This document shows positions 37,089 through 45,865 of a stretch of 64,000 nt of DNA, in pieces. A program made the position numbers and the translations under genes. Under the pieces are notes generated by a model that had not been told where the DNA came from, did no database searches, and saw only the letters and a list, made by a program, of their open reading frames with translations. Within the stretch, counting starts at the first letter, position 1; every line of letters starts with the position of its first letter. Origin of the DNA: Minisyncoccota bacterium (GTDB lineage Bacteria > Patescibacteriota > Minisyncoccia > Phycocordibacterales > Phycocordibacteraceae); assembly GCA_035548315.1 (NCBI GenBank), contig DASZTF010000044.1:159615-223614 (forward strand), given 5' to 3'.

Positions 37089-39002
37089 TTATTCTAGCAC
37101 TGCCTTGATACGGCGGATGCCAGCGGACGATGCTTCTTCCTTAATAATTTTGAAACGCTTGCCGCCTTCTCCCAGCTCGGAAGTGTTTTTCACATGCGGG
37201 CCGCCACAGAATTCGAGCGAGAATGATTCTGCAAATTTGGGATCTTCCTGGGTGGCGTCCTTGGGACCCATCGAGTACACCGTCACGGTGTCGCCGTATT
37301 TCACGCCGAACTCGTGCTCGGCGCCGATCTGCTCTGCTTCTGCCTTTGGCATGCTGGTGACGAATACTGGGAGCGCAGCTGCGATTTGCTCGTTCACCAT
37401 GTCTTCTGCACGCTTCAGTTCTTCAGGCGTGAGTTTGCGGTCGAATGAAAAGTCGAGGCGCACACGTTCCTGGGTGATGTTGGAGCCCCGCTGGTGGACA
37501 TCATTGCCCAGAATCTTGCGAAGCGCTGCGAGCAGGAGATGGTGCGAGGTATGGTAGCGCACAGTGACTTCTGAATGGTCCGCAAGCCCGCCCTTGAACT
37601 TGCCTTCTGCTGCGGTGCGCGACTTTGCTTGGTGCTCATCCATTTCTGAGCGGAATGCGGCTGAATCAACGCTGATCCCGCGCTCCTTTGCCAGTTCCTC
37701 AGTGATCTCAAGCGGGAATCCGTAGCTCGATGCAAGGATAAACGCATGATGGCCGCTTATCGCGCCGTGCTTCGCAGCCTTCTCAAACTCCCGCATACCC
37801 TGCGCGAGCGTGCGGCGAAATTTAGCTTCCTCAGTAGTAAGCGTATTCAAAATCTGTTCACGCTTGTCGCGGAGTTCAGAATAGGTGTCTTCATACGCAG
37901 CGATCACCTTCTCCGCGAGCTGCCAGAGGGTGTTCTCGGCCACGCCGAGCTTGTCGAGATGACGAATGGCGCGGCGGATGAGGCGGCGCAAGATGTAGCC
38001 TGCTTCGGTATTAGATGGGTGGACGTCGTCGCCCGCGATAAATACCGCCGCGCGTACGTGGTCTGCGACGATGCGGAACGATTTTACATATTCAGCATCC
38101 TTGTATGACTTCCCTGTCTGACGCTCAATTTCTTGGATGGAGGTGTAGAGCGTATCGGCGAGGAATACGTCGTCGGTGTCGTTCATCGCCATCACGAGGC
38201 GCTCGAGGCCGCCGCCGAAGTCCACATTCTTCTGGCTGAGGAACGTGAACGATCCATCCGCCTGCTTGAGGTATTCCATGAACACCGAATTCGCGATCTC
38301 CACAAAGCGGCCGCAGTCGCAGTTCGGGTGGCACTCGGGGCCATACGCCGGATCATGCGGCGTGCCGAAGTCGTAGAACATCTCGGAGTCTGGACCACCG
38401 GGCTCGCCTGCTGGCATCTTGTCGGGCGTACCGGAGCGACTCCACCAGTTCTTCGCGGCGTCGTAGGCAAAGATCCGGCCACCCTGCATGCCGACTTGGT
38501 AGCCGTTCGCCTCTGAGCCAATCACCACATCTTTCGCATCGATTCCCTTCGCGGCAAAGAGTTCCTTCCAGAGCCCAATCGATTCTTCGTCTTTAGGAAT
38601 ATTGAGCGACTCATCTCCGGCGAATACGGTGACATAAAGCTTAGCCGGATCAAGACCAAGCCCAACTTCCTTGCTCGTCATGAATTCAAACACCCACGGG
38701 AGCTGCTCTTTCTTGAAGTAGTCGCCCAAGGACCAGTTGCCGAGCATCTCAAAGAACGTGAGGTGGCGGTTGTCGCCGATGTCATCGATATCGCCGGTGC
38801 GCACCGACTTCTGCGAGTCGGCGAGCCGCACCCCAGCCGGATGGGTCTGGCCGAGAAGGTATGGCACAAGTGGCTGCATGCCGCTCGATGTGAAGAGCGT
38901 AGTCGCATCGCCCTCCGGCCTCACCGGTGCGCTTGGAATAATCGCGTGCCCGCGTTCCTTATAGAAATCCAAAAATCGCTTCCTAACCTCTGCGACCGTC
39001 AT
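37089..39002 (-). CDS. alaS: Alanine--tRNA ligase (minimal, no C-Ala domain)
   Basis: LFTSSGMQ, HLTFFEMLGNWS, DFGGGLER, ADHVR, HTSHHLL, CGGPH, GIRRI. Confidence 0.97.
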   Translation of the reverse strand: MTVAEVRKRFLDFYKERGHAIIPSAPVRPEGDATTLFTSSGMQPLVPYLLGQTHPAGVRLADSQKSVRTGDIDDIGDNRHLTFFEMLGNWSLGDYFKKEQLPWVFEFMTSKEVGLGLDPAKLYVTVFAGDESLNIPKDEESIGLWKELFAAKGIDAKDVVIGSEANGYQVGMQGGRIFAYDAAKNWWSRSGTPDKMPAGEPGGPDSEMFYDFGTPHDPAYGPECHPNCDCGRFVEIANSVFMEYLKQADGSFTFLSQKNVDFGGGLERLVMAMNDTDDVFLADTLYTSIQEIERQTGKSYKDAEYVKSFRIVADHVRAAVFIAGDDVHPSNTEAGYILRRLIRRAIRHLDKLGVAENTLWQLAEKVIAAYEDTYSELRDKREQILNTLTTEEAKFRRTLAQGMREFEKAAKHGAISGHHAFILASSYGFPLEITEELAKERGISVDSAAFRSEMDEHQAKSRTAAEGKFKGGLADHSEVTVRYHTSHHLLLAALRKILGNDVHQRGSNITQERVRLDFSFDRKLTPEELKRAEDMVNEQIAAALPVFVTSMPKAEAEQIGAEHEFGVKYGDTVTVYSMGPKDATQEDPKFAESFSLEFCGGPHVKNTSELGEGGKRFKIIKEEASSAGIRRIKAVLE

Positions 39003-39048
39003 AGGCCGAAAATAGCACGAAATCACTCGCGAGACTATAATCACAGAT

Positions 39049-41022
39049 ATGAAAAAAGGAGGCAAAAACTGGGGATTTGATACGAAGACGATGGATAAAA
39101 AGGTGCGACCGCAGGATGATTTTTATCGGTACGCGCACGGCACGTGGCTGCGGACCACCAAGATCCCCGCGACCGAGTCGCGCTGGGGTAACTTCACTAT
39201 GCTGCGCGTGGATACGGAAAAGAAGCTGCGCAAAATAGTGGAGTCGCTCAAGAAGGGCCGCTTCCCTGCTAATTCCCCTGAGCAAATGATCCGCGATTTC
39301 TATCTGTCTGGGCTCAATGAGGCTGCGCGCGAGAAGCTCGGGGTGAAGCCGCTCCTCCCGCTGCTCGCCCGCGTGGAGAAATTGAAGCATGTGAAGGATA
39401 TCACCCCGATGATCGCGGCGTTCCATCGTATGGGTATCGGCGGACTCTGGGGCGGGCTCATCGACCAGGATGCGAAAAATAGCGAGCGCTACCTGCTCTA
39501 CTTCTACCAGGACGGCATCGGCATGCCCGACCGCGACTACTACCTCAAGGACGACGCGGAATCAAAGCGCGTGAGGGAGGCGTACCTGAAGCACCTCCAT
39601 AACCTCCACATGCTCGTGGGACTCTCGAAGAAAGAGACACAAGAATCCGTGGATACAATCATGCGCGTCGAGACGGCGCTCGCGAAAGCATCTATGACTA
39701 AGGAAGATGCGCGCGATAGCGAGAAGACCTGGCACAAGCACACGATCGCGCAGCTCCAGAGGCTCGCGCCCGCTATCGATTGGGAACTCTATATGAGGAT
39801 GAGTGGTGCACCCAAAGAACGCGACGTGAACGTGATGCAGCCGGAGTACCTGCGAGCGATGAGCAAGATGCTCGAGACGGTGCCGCTTGCCGATTGGAAG
39901 GTCTACTTCCGCGCGCACGTCATCGACGACACCGCAGGCCTTCTGTCGAAGAAGTTCGTGCGCGAGCAGTTCAACTACTACGGCAAGGCGCTCGCGGGCA
40001 CGAGGAAAATGAAGCCGCTCTGGCGCCGTGCGCTTTCAGCGACTAATGGATCGCTCGGCGAGCTCCTCGGCCAGATATACGTAGAGAAGCACTTTCCTCC
40101 GGAGGCGAAGATCAAGATGAGTGCGCTCGTTGACGACCTTTTTGCTGCCTATGAGAAGCGCATCAAGTCACTCGACTGGATGAGCGAGCCCACTAAGAAG
40201 AAGGCGGTGCAGAAACTCCGGATGATGAATCGCAAGATCGGGTACCCGGATAAGTGGAAGTCGTACCGCGGACTTACTGTGCGCGCAGACGATTTCTTCG
40301 GGAACATCATGCGCTCTGCCGAGTACGAGCATAAGCGCCAGATCAAGAAGCTCGGCCGCCCTATCGACCGCGCCGAGTGGCTCATGGACCCGCAGGTGGT
40401 AAATGCCTACTGCAGCTTCAATATGAACGAGATCGTATTCCCTGCTGCCATCCTCCAGCCGCCGTTCTTCAGCCTCACGGCTGATATGGCGGTGAACTAT
40501 GGCTCGATTGGATCCGTGATCGGGCACGAGATCACGCACGGATTCGACGATCAGGGTTCCAAGTTCGACGGCAAAGGCAATATGAAGTCCTGGTGGTTGG
40601 CCGCGGATAAAAAACACTTCGATGCCAAGGCGAAACTCATCAAGCAGCAGTACGACGCCTACACGGTGGCCGACGGCGTGCATGTAAATGGCCAGCTTAC
40701 GCTCGGAGAAAACATCGCGGACTTGGGCGGCATGTCGATTGCGTTTGATGCGTACCAGGCGTACCTCGCGCGTACGGGCGAGCGCGACGAGATCGAGGGC
40801 TTCACGCCGGAGCAGCGGTTCTTCCTCGGGTTCTCGCTCTTTGACATGGAGCTCATGCGGCCAGAGGCCGCGAAGACGCGCGTGCTCACCGACCCCCACT
40901 CCCCAAGCGAGTTCCGCATCAATGGTCCCATCGTGAATAACGACGACTTCTACAAAGCATTCGGCGTGGTGAAGGGCGACAAGCTCTACCGCGATCCCAA
41001 GAAGCGCGCGCGGATCTGGTAA
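39049..41022 (+). CDS. M13-family zinc metallopeptidase (PepO/neprilysin-like)
   Basis: PQDDFY, VNAY, GHEITHGFDD, GENIADLGG, DPHSP. Confidence 0.95.
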   Translation: MKKGGKNWGFDTKTMDKKVRPQDDFYRYAHGTWLRTTKIPATESRWGNFTMLRVDTEKKLRKIVESLKKGRFPANSPEQMIRDFYLSGLNEAAREKLGVKPLLPLLARVEKLKHVKDITPMIAAFHRMGIGGLWGGLIDQDAKNSERYLLYFYQDGIGMPDRDYYLKDDAESKRVREAYLKHLHNLHMLVGLSKKETQESVDTIMRVETALAKASMTKEDARDSEKTWHKHTIAQLQRLAPAIDWELYMRMSGAPKERDVNVMQPEYLRAMSKMLETVPLADWKVYFRAHVIDDTAGLLSKKFVREQFNYYGKALAGTRKMKPLWRRALSATNGSLGELLGQIYVEKHFPPEAKIKMSALVDDLFAAYEKRIKSLDWMSEPTKKKAVQKLRMMNRKIGYPDKWKSYRGLTVRADDFFGNIMRSAEYEHKRQIKKLGRPIDRAEWLMDPQVVNAYCSFNMNEIVFPAAILQPPFFSLTADMAVNYGSIGSVIGHEITHGFDDQGSKFDGKGNMKSWWLAADKKHFDAKAKLIKQQYDAYTVADGVHVNGQLTLGENIADLGGMSIAFDAYQAYLARTGERDEIEGFTPEQRFFLGFSLFDMELMRPEAAKTRVLTDPHSPSEFRINGPIVNNDDFYKAFGVVKGDKLYRDPKKRARIW

Positions 41023-41040
41023 CTCAGCGCTCCGCTCTCC

Positions 41041-41070
41041 GAATCACCGCATTAATGCGGTGATTCTTTT
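41041..41070. terminator. Perfect 26-bp palindrome between convergent pepO and ung, probable terminator
   Basis: GAATCACCGCATT-AATGCGGTGATTC followed by TTTT. Confidence 0.75.
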
Positions 41071-41746
41071 ATACCCAGTCAATAGACTTCCTGTTGTGCT
41101 CGGCGAGGTACTCGTTCGCGAGTTTGAAGTGATTGTTGCCGAAGAATCCATTATGCGCGGAGAGCGGTGATGGGTGCGCAGATTCGAGTATCAAATGCTT
41201 CTCCCAATCGATGTGAGTGCCCTTCTTTTTCGCGTAGTTGCCCCAAAGCATGAATACCAGATGCTCGCGCTGCTCGGACAGTGCCTTCACGGCCGCATCG
41301 GTGAATAATTCCCAGCCCTTGCCCTGATGCGAGTTCGCCGAGTGCGCGCGCACCGTGAGGGTGGCGTTTAAAAGCAGCACGCCCTGCTCTGCCCAGCGAG
41401 AAAGGTCACCGCCCTTCTTCGCTAACGCTTCGAAGGGCACGTCATATTCTTTCGCCAGCTCTTTATACATATTTTGAAGCGAAGGCGGCAATTGCACGCC
41501 ATCGTTCACCGCGAATGAAAGGCCGTTTGCTTGGCCTGGTCCGTGGTACGGATCCTGGCCCAGTATCACCACCTTCACCGTATCGAACGGCGTAAGCTCA
41601 AACGCGCGGAATATCGCCTTCGGCGGCGGATACACCTTTCCGCTCGAATATTCTTCTTTCACGAAGTCTGTCAGTTCCTTAAAGTACGGCTTCCCGAACT
41701 CTTCCTCGAGCGCCTTCTTCCAGCTGGGCTCAATTTTTACCTCCAT
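41069..41746 (-). CDS. ung: Uracil-DNA glycosylase, family 1
   Basis: GQDPYH, GLSF, PPSL, GVLLLN, HPSPLS. Confidence 0.97.
   Translation of the reverse strand: MEVKIEPSWKKALEEEFGKPYFKELTDFVKEEYSSGKVYPPPKAIFRAFELTPFDTVKVVILGQDPYHGPGQANGLSFAVNDGVQLPPSLQNMYKELAKEYDVPFEALAKKGGDLSRWAEQGVLLLNATLTVRAHSANSHQGKGWELFTDAAVKALSEQREHLVFMLWGNYAKKKGTHIDWEKHLILESAHPSPLSAHNGFFGNNHFKLANEYLAEHNRKSIDWV
41411..41438 (-). repeat. Short palindromic element inside ung (encodes PFEALAKKG)
   Basis: Minus strand GCCCTTC-GAA-GC-GTTA-GC-GAA-GAAGGGC. Confidence 0.65.
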
Positions 41747-41759
41747 GGTGAGAGTATAA

Positions 41760-41838
41760 CTCGCGAAGACGGCGCGGCGGGAAGGGGCTGACTGCCGAGC
41801 GGCATGAGCGTACCCTTTCCGCTGCGTCGTCGAGCGAG
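41760..41838 (+). repeat. Intergenic hairpin element B
   Basis: 19-bp stem GACGGCGCGGCGGGAAGGG/CCCTTTCCGCTGCGTCGTC (three G-T), inner TGCC-GAGC-GGCA-TGAGCG core resembling element A. Confidence 0.7.
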
Positions 41839-42630
41839 CTACTTCTTAGCTTTTGCTTTCTTGGAGACGTCCTGGAAGGTCTTACCCGCTGCTTCGCGGT
41901 ACGTGCAGAAGTCGCACGGGCCGCCACCGAACGCAGTACCCATCTCGGGGATGGAGTCGCTGTCGAGCATTTCTTTGAGCCGGTACACGGTCGGTTCTAC
42001 CCATGCGTCGGAGCCGGTGTAGGGGATGAGGCAGACATCGAACTCGAGTTTCCCGTCGAATGCTTTTTCATCCGATTTGCCGTTCGCATACACAAAGTAT
42101 CCCGTTGGGTAGACGTTGTGCCCATTCTGGCGGAAGAGCCACTGATAGATTTCCATCTGGCGCTTATAAGAATCATAGAGGTCGTCTTCTGTGGAAGGTC
42201 CAACCTTTTTGCTCGTCGCTTTATAGTCCACGATGATGAGCTCGCCATCCGGCGTGACCCACACGTCGTCGATGCCGCCGCGGAGTAGCAAATTGGTCGG
42301 CTGGTGGTGGTACGCGATACCGCGCTTGAGCGCGTCGCGCCACTCGTCGAGGCGGTCGTCTTTCAATGGTACGGCGTCGAGCCCGTAGGCCTTTGCGAGC
42401 GGGTGCGGCGTGCCATCTGCGCGGTGCGCATCGAACTCGCGCTTGAAGAGCTCGTCCACGGCGTTATTGAGCGTGAACGACGGGCCCTGTGGGCGCTTCA
42501 CCCCAAACTTCATGTCGAGGTATGCGCAGCGCGGGCACTCACTAAAGAGGTCGATCTTACTGCGGCTCACGCGGTACGGCTCCGACGATGTCGGATCATA
42601 GGGTCCCCAGCCGCTTCGCCTCCCTGCCAT
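41839..42630 (-). CDS. PD-(D/E)XK nuclease superfamily protein (RecB/Cas4-like)
   Basis: SRSKIDLFSECPRC, GGIDDVW, IVDYKAT, QMEIY, C-terminal CDFC. Confidence 0.88.
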   Translation of the reverse strand: MAGRRSGWGPYDPTSSEPYRVSRSKIDLFSECPRCAYLDMKFGVKRPQGPSFTLNNAVDELFKREFDAHRADGTPHPLAKAYGLDAVPLKDDRLDEWRDALKRGIAYHHQPTNLLLRGGIDDVWVTPDGELIIVDYKATSKKVGPSTEDDLYDSYKRQMEIYQWLFRQNGHNVYPTGYFVYANGKSDEKAFDGKLEFDVCLIPYTGSDAWVEPTVYRLKEMLDSDSIPEMGTAFGGGPCDFCTYREAAGKTFQDVSKKAKAKK

Positions 42631-42631
42631 G

Positions 42632-43144
42632 CTAGAGGGTGGTCGTGAAGAGCGCGACGACCCGCTCTCCGGTCTCAAAGTCCACGTAGACGCTGTCGCT
42701 CTTCGGGTCGAATGAGCCGTCACCATTATCGCGATAGAGCACCACCGCGTAGGTCATCTGCGGTACGGTCGGGCGGAGCAAATTCACGAGCACCTGACTT
42801 GCAGGTGCGGTCACGCGCGCGGCACCGAGAATATTCCCGAGCTCGCCGCTTTTAAGCTCTGCCACTGCCACCCACACGCCGGGAGTCGGCACCTCGACGG
42901 AATCGACGAGTACCGACGATCCTGCTGCCTGGTCGTGTACCGCGACGATGCCCGTCGTGGGAGTCGCTGGTGACGCCGCTGACTGCGCGGAGGAGGTGCC
43001 CGTATCTGTCTCTGACGTGCCGGCTCCCGGAAGGCGCGCTTCAAGGAACCACGCCGAGGTCACAAGCACCCCGAGCACGAATGCGCCGAGGGCAAGGAGC
43101 CAGGGGTTCATGGGCTGGTGCGTCGTTGGGGTAGGTTCAGGCAT
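42632..43144 (-). CDS. Membrane-anchored surface protein with beta-sandwich domain
   Basis: TM helix, S/T linker, DQ.AG..V, GVWVAV, G.ILGAA, D.GDG.FD motif. Confidence 0.75.
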   Translation of the reverse strand: MPEPTPTTHQPMNPWLLALGAFVLGVLVTSAWFLEARLPGAGTSETDTGTSSAQSAASPATPTTGIVAVHDQAAGSSVLVDSVEVPTPGVWVAVAELKSGELGNILGAARVTAPASQVLVNLLRPTVPQMTYAVVLYRDNGDGSFDPKSDSVYVDFETGERVVALFTTTL

Positions 43145-44009
43145 ACGAAAATGGTTCAGTAAGGCTTTGGGTCTCCGACAGTATAGCGCCAATTCGTTCT
43201 GCAGTAATACCTGCGGCTCGGAGCGCATCCCTGCGGCCCGTCAGCATCGCGGAGGTGACGATGCCCTGGTTGATGAGGAGTCGCTTCTCCGCATGCTTGA
43301 GGCTCGTGAGAGTAGTGATCGGGTAAATGCCGGCCGCCACGATGCGGTCGTAGAGATTCCCGGTATCGGGGAAGCTCCAGCCGAGGAGTTCCACACCCGC
43401 GCACATGGCATACGCGACCGCCTGGCTTGTGAACTTCGTATTGGTGATCAAGATACCGCGGTCGATGGGACAGTTCTGGGTTTTGGGGTCGCAATTCCAG
43501 ACATCGTCAAAGCGCGCTTTCACATAGAGCGCGGTCTTGAGGTCTGTTTTATAGAAAGCGTCGTTGTGGTATTTGAGTTCGCCTGCAATGGTCTCGACTC
43601 CTTGTGCGGTGTCTCGCGTCGCGTAGAGGTCGACTTCGTGCTCGACGCACTTCCCTTTGATAATCGTGCGGCGTGACACGTTCCATCCTTCCGCTTTGAA
43701 AAGTTCCGCGATGAAGTCTTCAAACGGGTGTCCCGAAGGACCGAACTCAAGCAGTGCACGGCGCAGTGCATACCGCGCGGCCGCGGGACGCGCTTCTCTG
43801 CGCAGCATTGCAAATGCCTTGCGGTAGATTTCTGTTGAGCTTACCTCGTACCCCACCGAGTCTGTGATGGTGCGCGCGATTCGTTCAGCGGTGTGTTCCC
43901 CCGCGCCCGCACGACGCAGTGAAAGCGTGAGCTTCCCAGGGTCAAATTGCTCGACCGAGCCGTCAGCCTTCACGATAGCGGGTCCGGTGTGAGATGCGGT
44001 CGCCGCCAT
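43137..44009 (-). CDS. ATP-cone + restriction-endonuclease-like (Mrr-type) protein
   Basis: IVKADGSVEQFDPGKL ATP cone; GPSGHPFE, HEVD...ELKYH PD-(D/E)XK core, ITNTKFT. Confidence 0.85.
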   Translation of the reverse strand: MAATASHTGPAIVKADGSVEQFDPGKLTLSLRRAGAGEHTAERIARTITDSVGYEVSSTEIYRKAFAMLRREARPAAARYALRRALLEFGPSGHPFEDFIAELFKAEGWNVSRRTIIKGKCVEHEVDLYATRDTAQGVETIAGELKYHNDAFYKTDLKTALYVKARFDDVWNCDPKTQNCPIDRGILITNTKFTSQAVAYAMCAGVELLGWSFPDTGNLYDRIVAAGIYPITTLTSLKHAEKRLLINQGIVTSAMLTGRRDALRAAGITAERIGAILSETQSLTEPFSYA

Positions 44010-44010
44010 G

Positions 44011-44433
44011 TTACTCATCGGTAGTAGAGGCGAGTGCCCCGTTCGCATACACCACGATCTCCGCGCTCTTTGAAGCCTCTACCGAAAGGCTGAACGATTT
44101 TTCATCAAGTACGGTAAGGCAGATGCCTGTATCACGCGGCGCTCTGAGATCAATGCGTATCGTGTCGGTGGACGAAGCGTCGCCGTTCTGCGTGACCGTG
44201 GACGTCGCAGTCAAGCTCGTGCAAGGCGTCGGTACCGTCGCACTGCCTTTTATCGTGTGCAGTCCCGACTTGCTGCTATAGGTGTCGCTCAGGTGAACGT
44301 CCGTGATCGTCGCGAAGGAAGGCACGCTCGGCGCAATCGCCGTGCGAGGCGACCCCGTGATATGGAGCACGAACAGCGCGAAGGCAATAACTATAACGGC
44401 AACAAATATGCCGATGCCGATCCAGAACCTCAT
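44011..44433 (-). CDS. Exported hypothetical protein
   Basis: N-terminal TM, PTPC...C pair. Confidence 0.75.
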   Translation of the reverse strand: MRFWIGIGIFVAVIVIAFALFVLHITGSPRTAIAPSVPSFATITDVHLSDTYSSKSGLHTIKGSATVPTPCTSLTATSTVTQNGDASSTDTIRIDLRAPRDTGICLTVLDEKSFSLSVEASKSAEIVVYANGALASTTDE

Positions 44434-45494
44434 GCAGTAATGATACCACCCCCGATGAGTTGCTCGCCATCATAGAGGACGAGTGACTGACCGGAGGCAA
44501 TAGGCATCGTGAGCGGTTCGTCTGGCGTGAACTGATGCAGCGCAGCATCGAATGTCCCGCGTATACGTGTCCCGTGATAGCGATACTGTGCATCATAGGA
44601 TTTTCCCTCTTCCGGCGTGACGAGCCAGTTACATTCGCGCAGCGTAAGCACTGCGGGGATCGCGTCGGTTGTATCGATGGTGTGCGCGACCGTGAGCGTA
44701 TTGGTGCGCAGGCCCTTTGCAAGCACATACCACGGGCCGTCGGGGAGCGACACGCGCTCGCCCAGGGTGTACGCCATCGCGCCATGGTGTTCTCCGAGCA
44801 CCACACCACTCGCGTTTACTATCGGACCCGGCGCGAGACCGACTTCCTGCGCAAGGAATTGCTCGATAGAGACATTCCCGAGAAAGCAGACACCCTGGCT
44901 ATCGCGCTTCGTCGCGTTCGGGAGGTTGAATTTCTTCGCAAGTGCACGCACGGCGCTCTTCTCCATGCCGCCGAGTGGGAACAGTATCCGGGACAGCGTC
45001 TCTTTCCTGATCGCCCACAAAAAGTAACTCTGGTCTTTACTCGTATCGGTACCGCGCAAGAGCGACGGGACGTGCTGCTCTGCCGCAGTATGCCCCTCGC
45101 TGCGTATCTGCGCATAGTGACCTGTCGCAATGAAATCGGCACCGTGCGCCATTGCAAAGTCATAGAACGCACCGAACTTCACGTCCCGATTGCACATCAC
45201 GTCGGGATTGGGCGTGTTCCCCGCTGCATATTCGTGGATTAGATAGTCGATTACGGCTTTTTGATACGCTGCGCTTGCGTCGAATGTGAGAAAGGGGATC
45301 CCAAGGCGCGCGGCCACCTGCAGAGCGTCGCGACGGTCCTCTGCCCAACTACACGGCAGGCCTTCTGGGTACGCACCCTTAATGAACACCCCGGTCACTG
45401 CCGCCCCCGCGCGCTGGAGCAGCGCGGCAGTGACGGCAGAGTCGACGCCGCCGGACAGCCCCACAAAGACCCGTTTGCCCTTGACGCTTAGCAT
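44430..45494 (-). CDS. mnmA: tRNA 2-thiouridylase MnmA
   Basis: SGGVDS, TPNPDVMCN, ATGHYA, KDQSYFL, DSQGVCF, SGQSLVLY. Confidence 0.96.
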   Translation of the reverse strand: MLSVKGKRVFVGLSGGVDSAVTAALLQRAGAAVTGVFIKGAYPEGLPCSWAEDRRDALQVAARLGIPFLTFDASAAYQKAVIDYLIHEYAAGNTPNPDVMCNRDVKFGAFYDFAMAHGADFIATGHYAQIRSEGHTAAEQHVPSLLRGTDTSKDQSYFLWAIRKETLSRILFPLGGMEKSAVRALAKKFNLPNATKRDSQGVCFLGNVSIEQFLAQEVGLAPGPIVNASGVVLGEHHGAMAYTLGERVSLPDGPWYVLAKGLRTNTLTVAHTIDTTDAIPAVLTLRECNWLVTPEEGKSYDAQYRYHGTRIRGTFDAALHQFTPDEPLTMPIASGQSLVLYDGEQLIGGGIITA

Positions 45495-45544
45495 GATGCA
45501 GTTCACTATAAGATACTGAAGGACGTACGGAAAGGAAATCGCTC

Positions 45545-45835
45545 GTGGCAGCTCTTTCACAAGAACAGCCTGCACGCACGCTCGTCGTCATCCTCTTTCG
45601 CGTTATTACGCTGCGTCGGGCAGACCTTTCGTCGGATGCGTCGCCGATGGATCTGATGCCGGGGAAGCACGAATTCTTCATCCAGGACTTTGCTGATGGT
45701 CGCACACACAAACGCTGGGTGCTCCTCACGGAAGATAAACAGTTCGGGATACCTCTGGCCGTGCTCAAGACCCACGATGAAGCAAATCGAGCAGAGACTC
45801 GTGACGCCGCAGGCCGGCTCTATGATTTCGAATAA
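45545..45835 (+). CDS. Hypothetical protein
   Basis: 96 aa, GTG start after AAAGGA, followed by a terminator. Confidence 0.5.
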   Translation: MAALSQEQPARTLVVILFRVITLRRADLSSDASPMDLMPGKHEFFIQDFADGRTHKRWVLLTEDKQFGIPLAVLKTHDEANRAETRDAAGRLYDFE

Positions 45836-45838
45836 TTC

Positions 45839-45864
45839 CAAACGGCGCCCCCAGGCGCCGTTTG
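45839..45864. terminator. Bidirectional terminator
   Basis: CAAACGGCGCC-CCCA-GGCGCCGTTTG. Confidence 0.75.
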
Positions 45865-45865
45865 T

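Noticed and set aside
41785-41815. Hammerhead ribozyme or kink-turn in the hairpin elements (CTGA...TGA)
   Set aside because: The CUGANGA/GAAA core and canonical K-turn geometry could not be assembled by eye.
41839-42630. Cas4-like nuclease as evidence of CRISPR-Cas
   Set aside because: No repeat-spacer array and no other cas genes in the window; solo PD-(D/E)XK proteins are common.
45084-45104. CGCAG...CTGCG palindrome in a variable loop of mnmA
   Set aside because: Only a 5-bp stem in GC-rich DNA, with no GNA-loop signature; likely chance.
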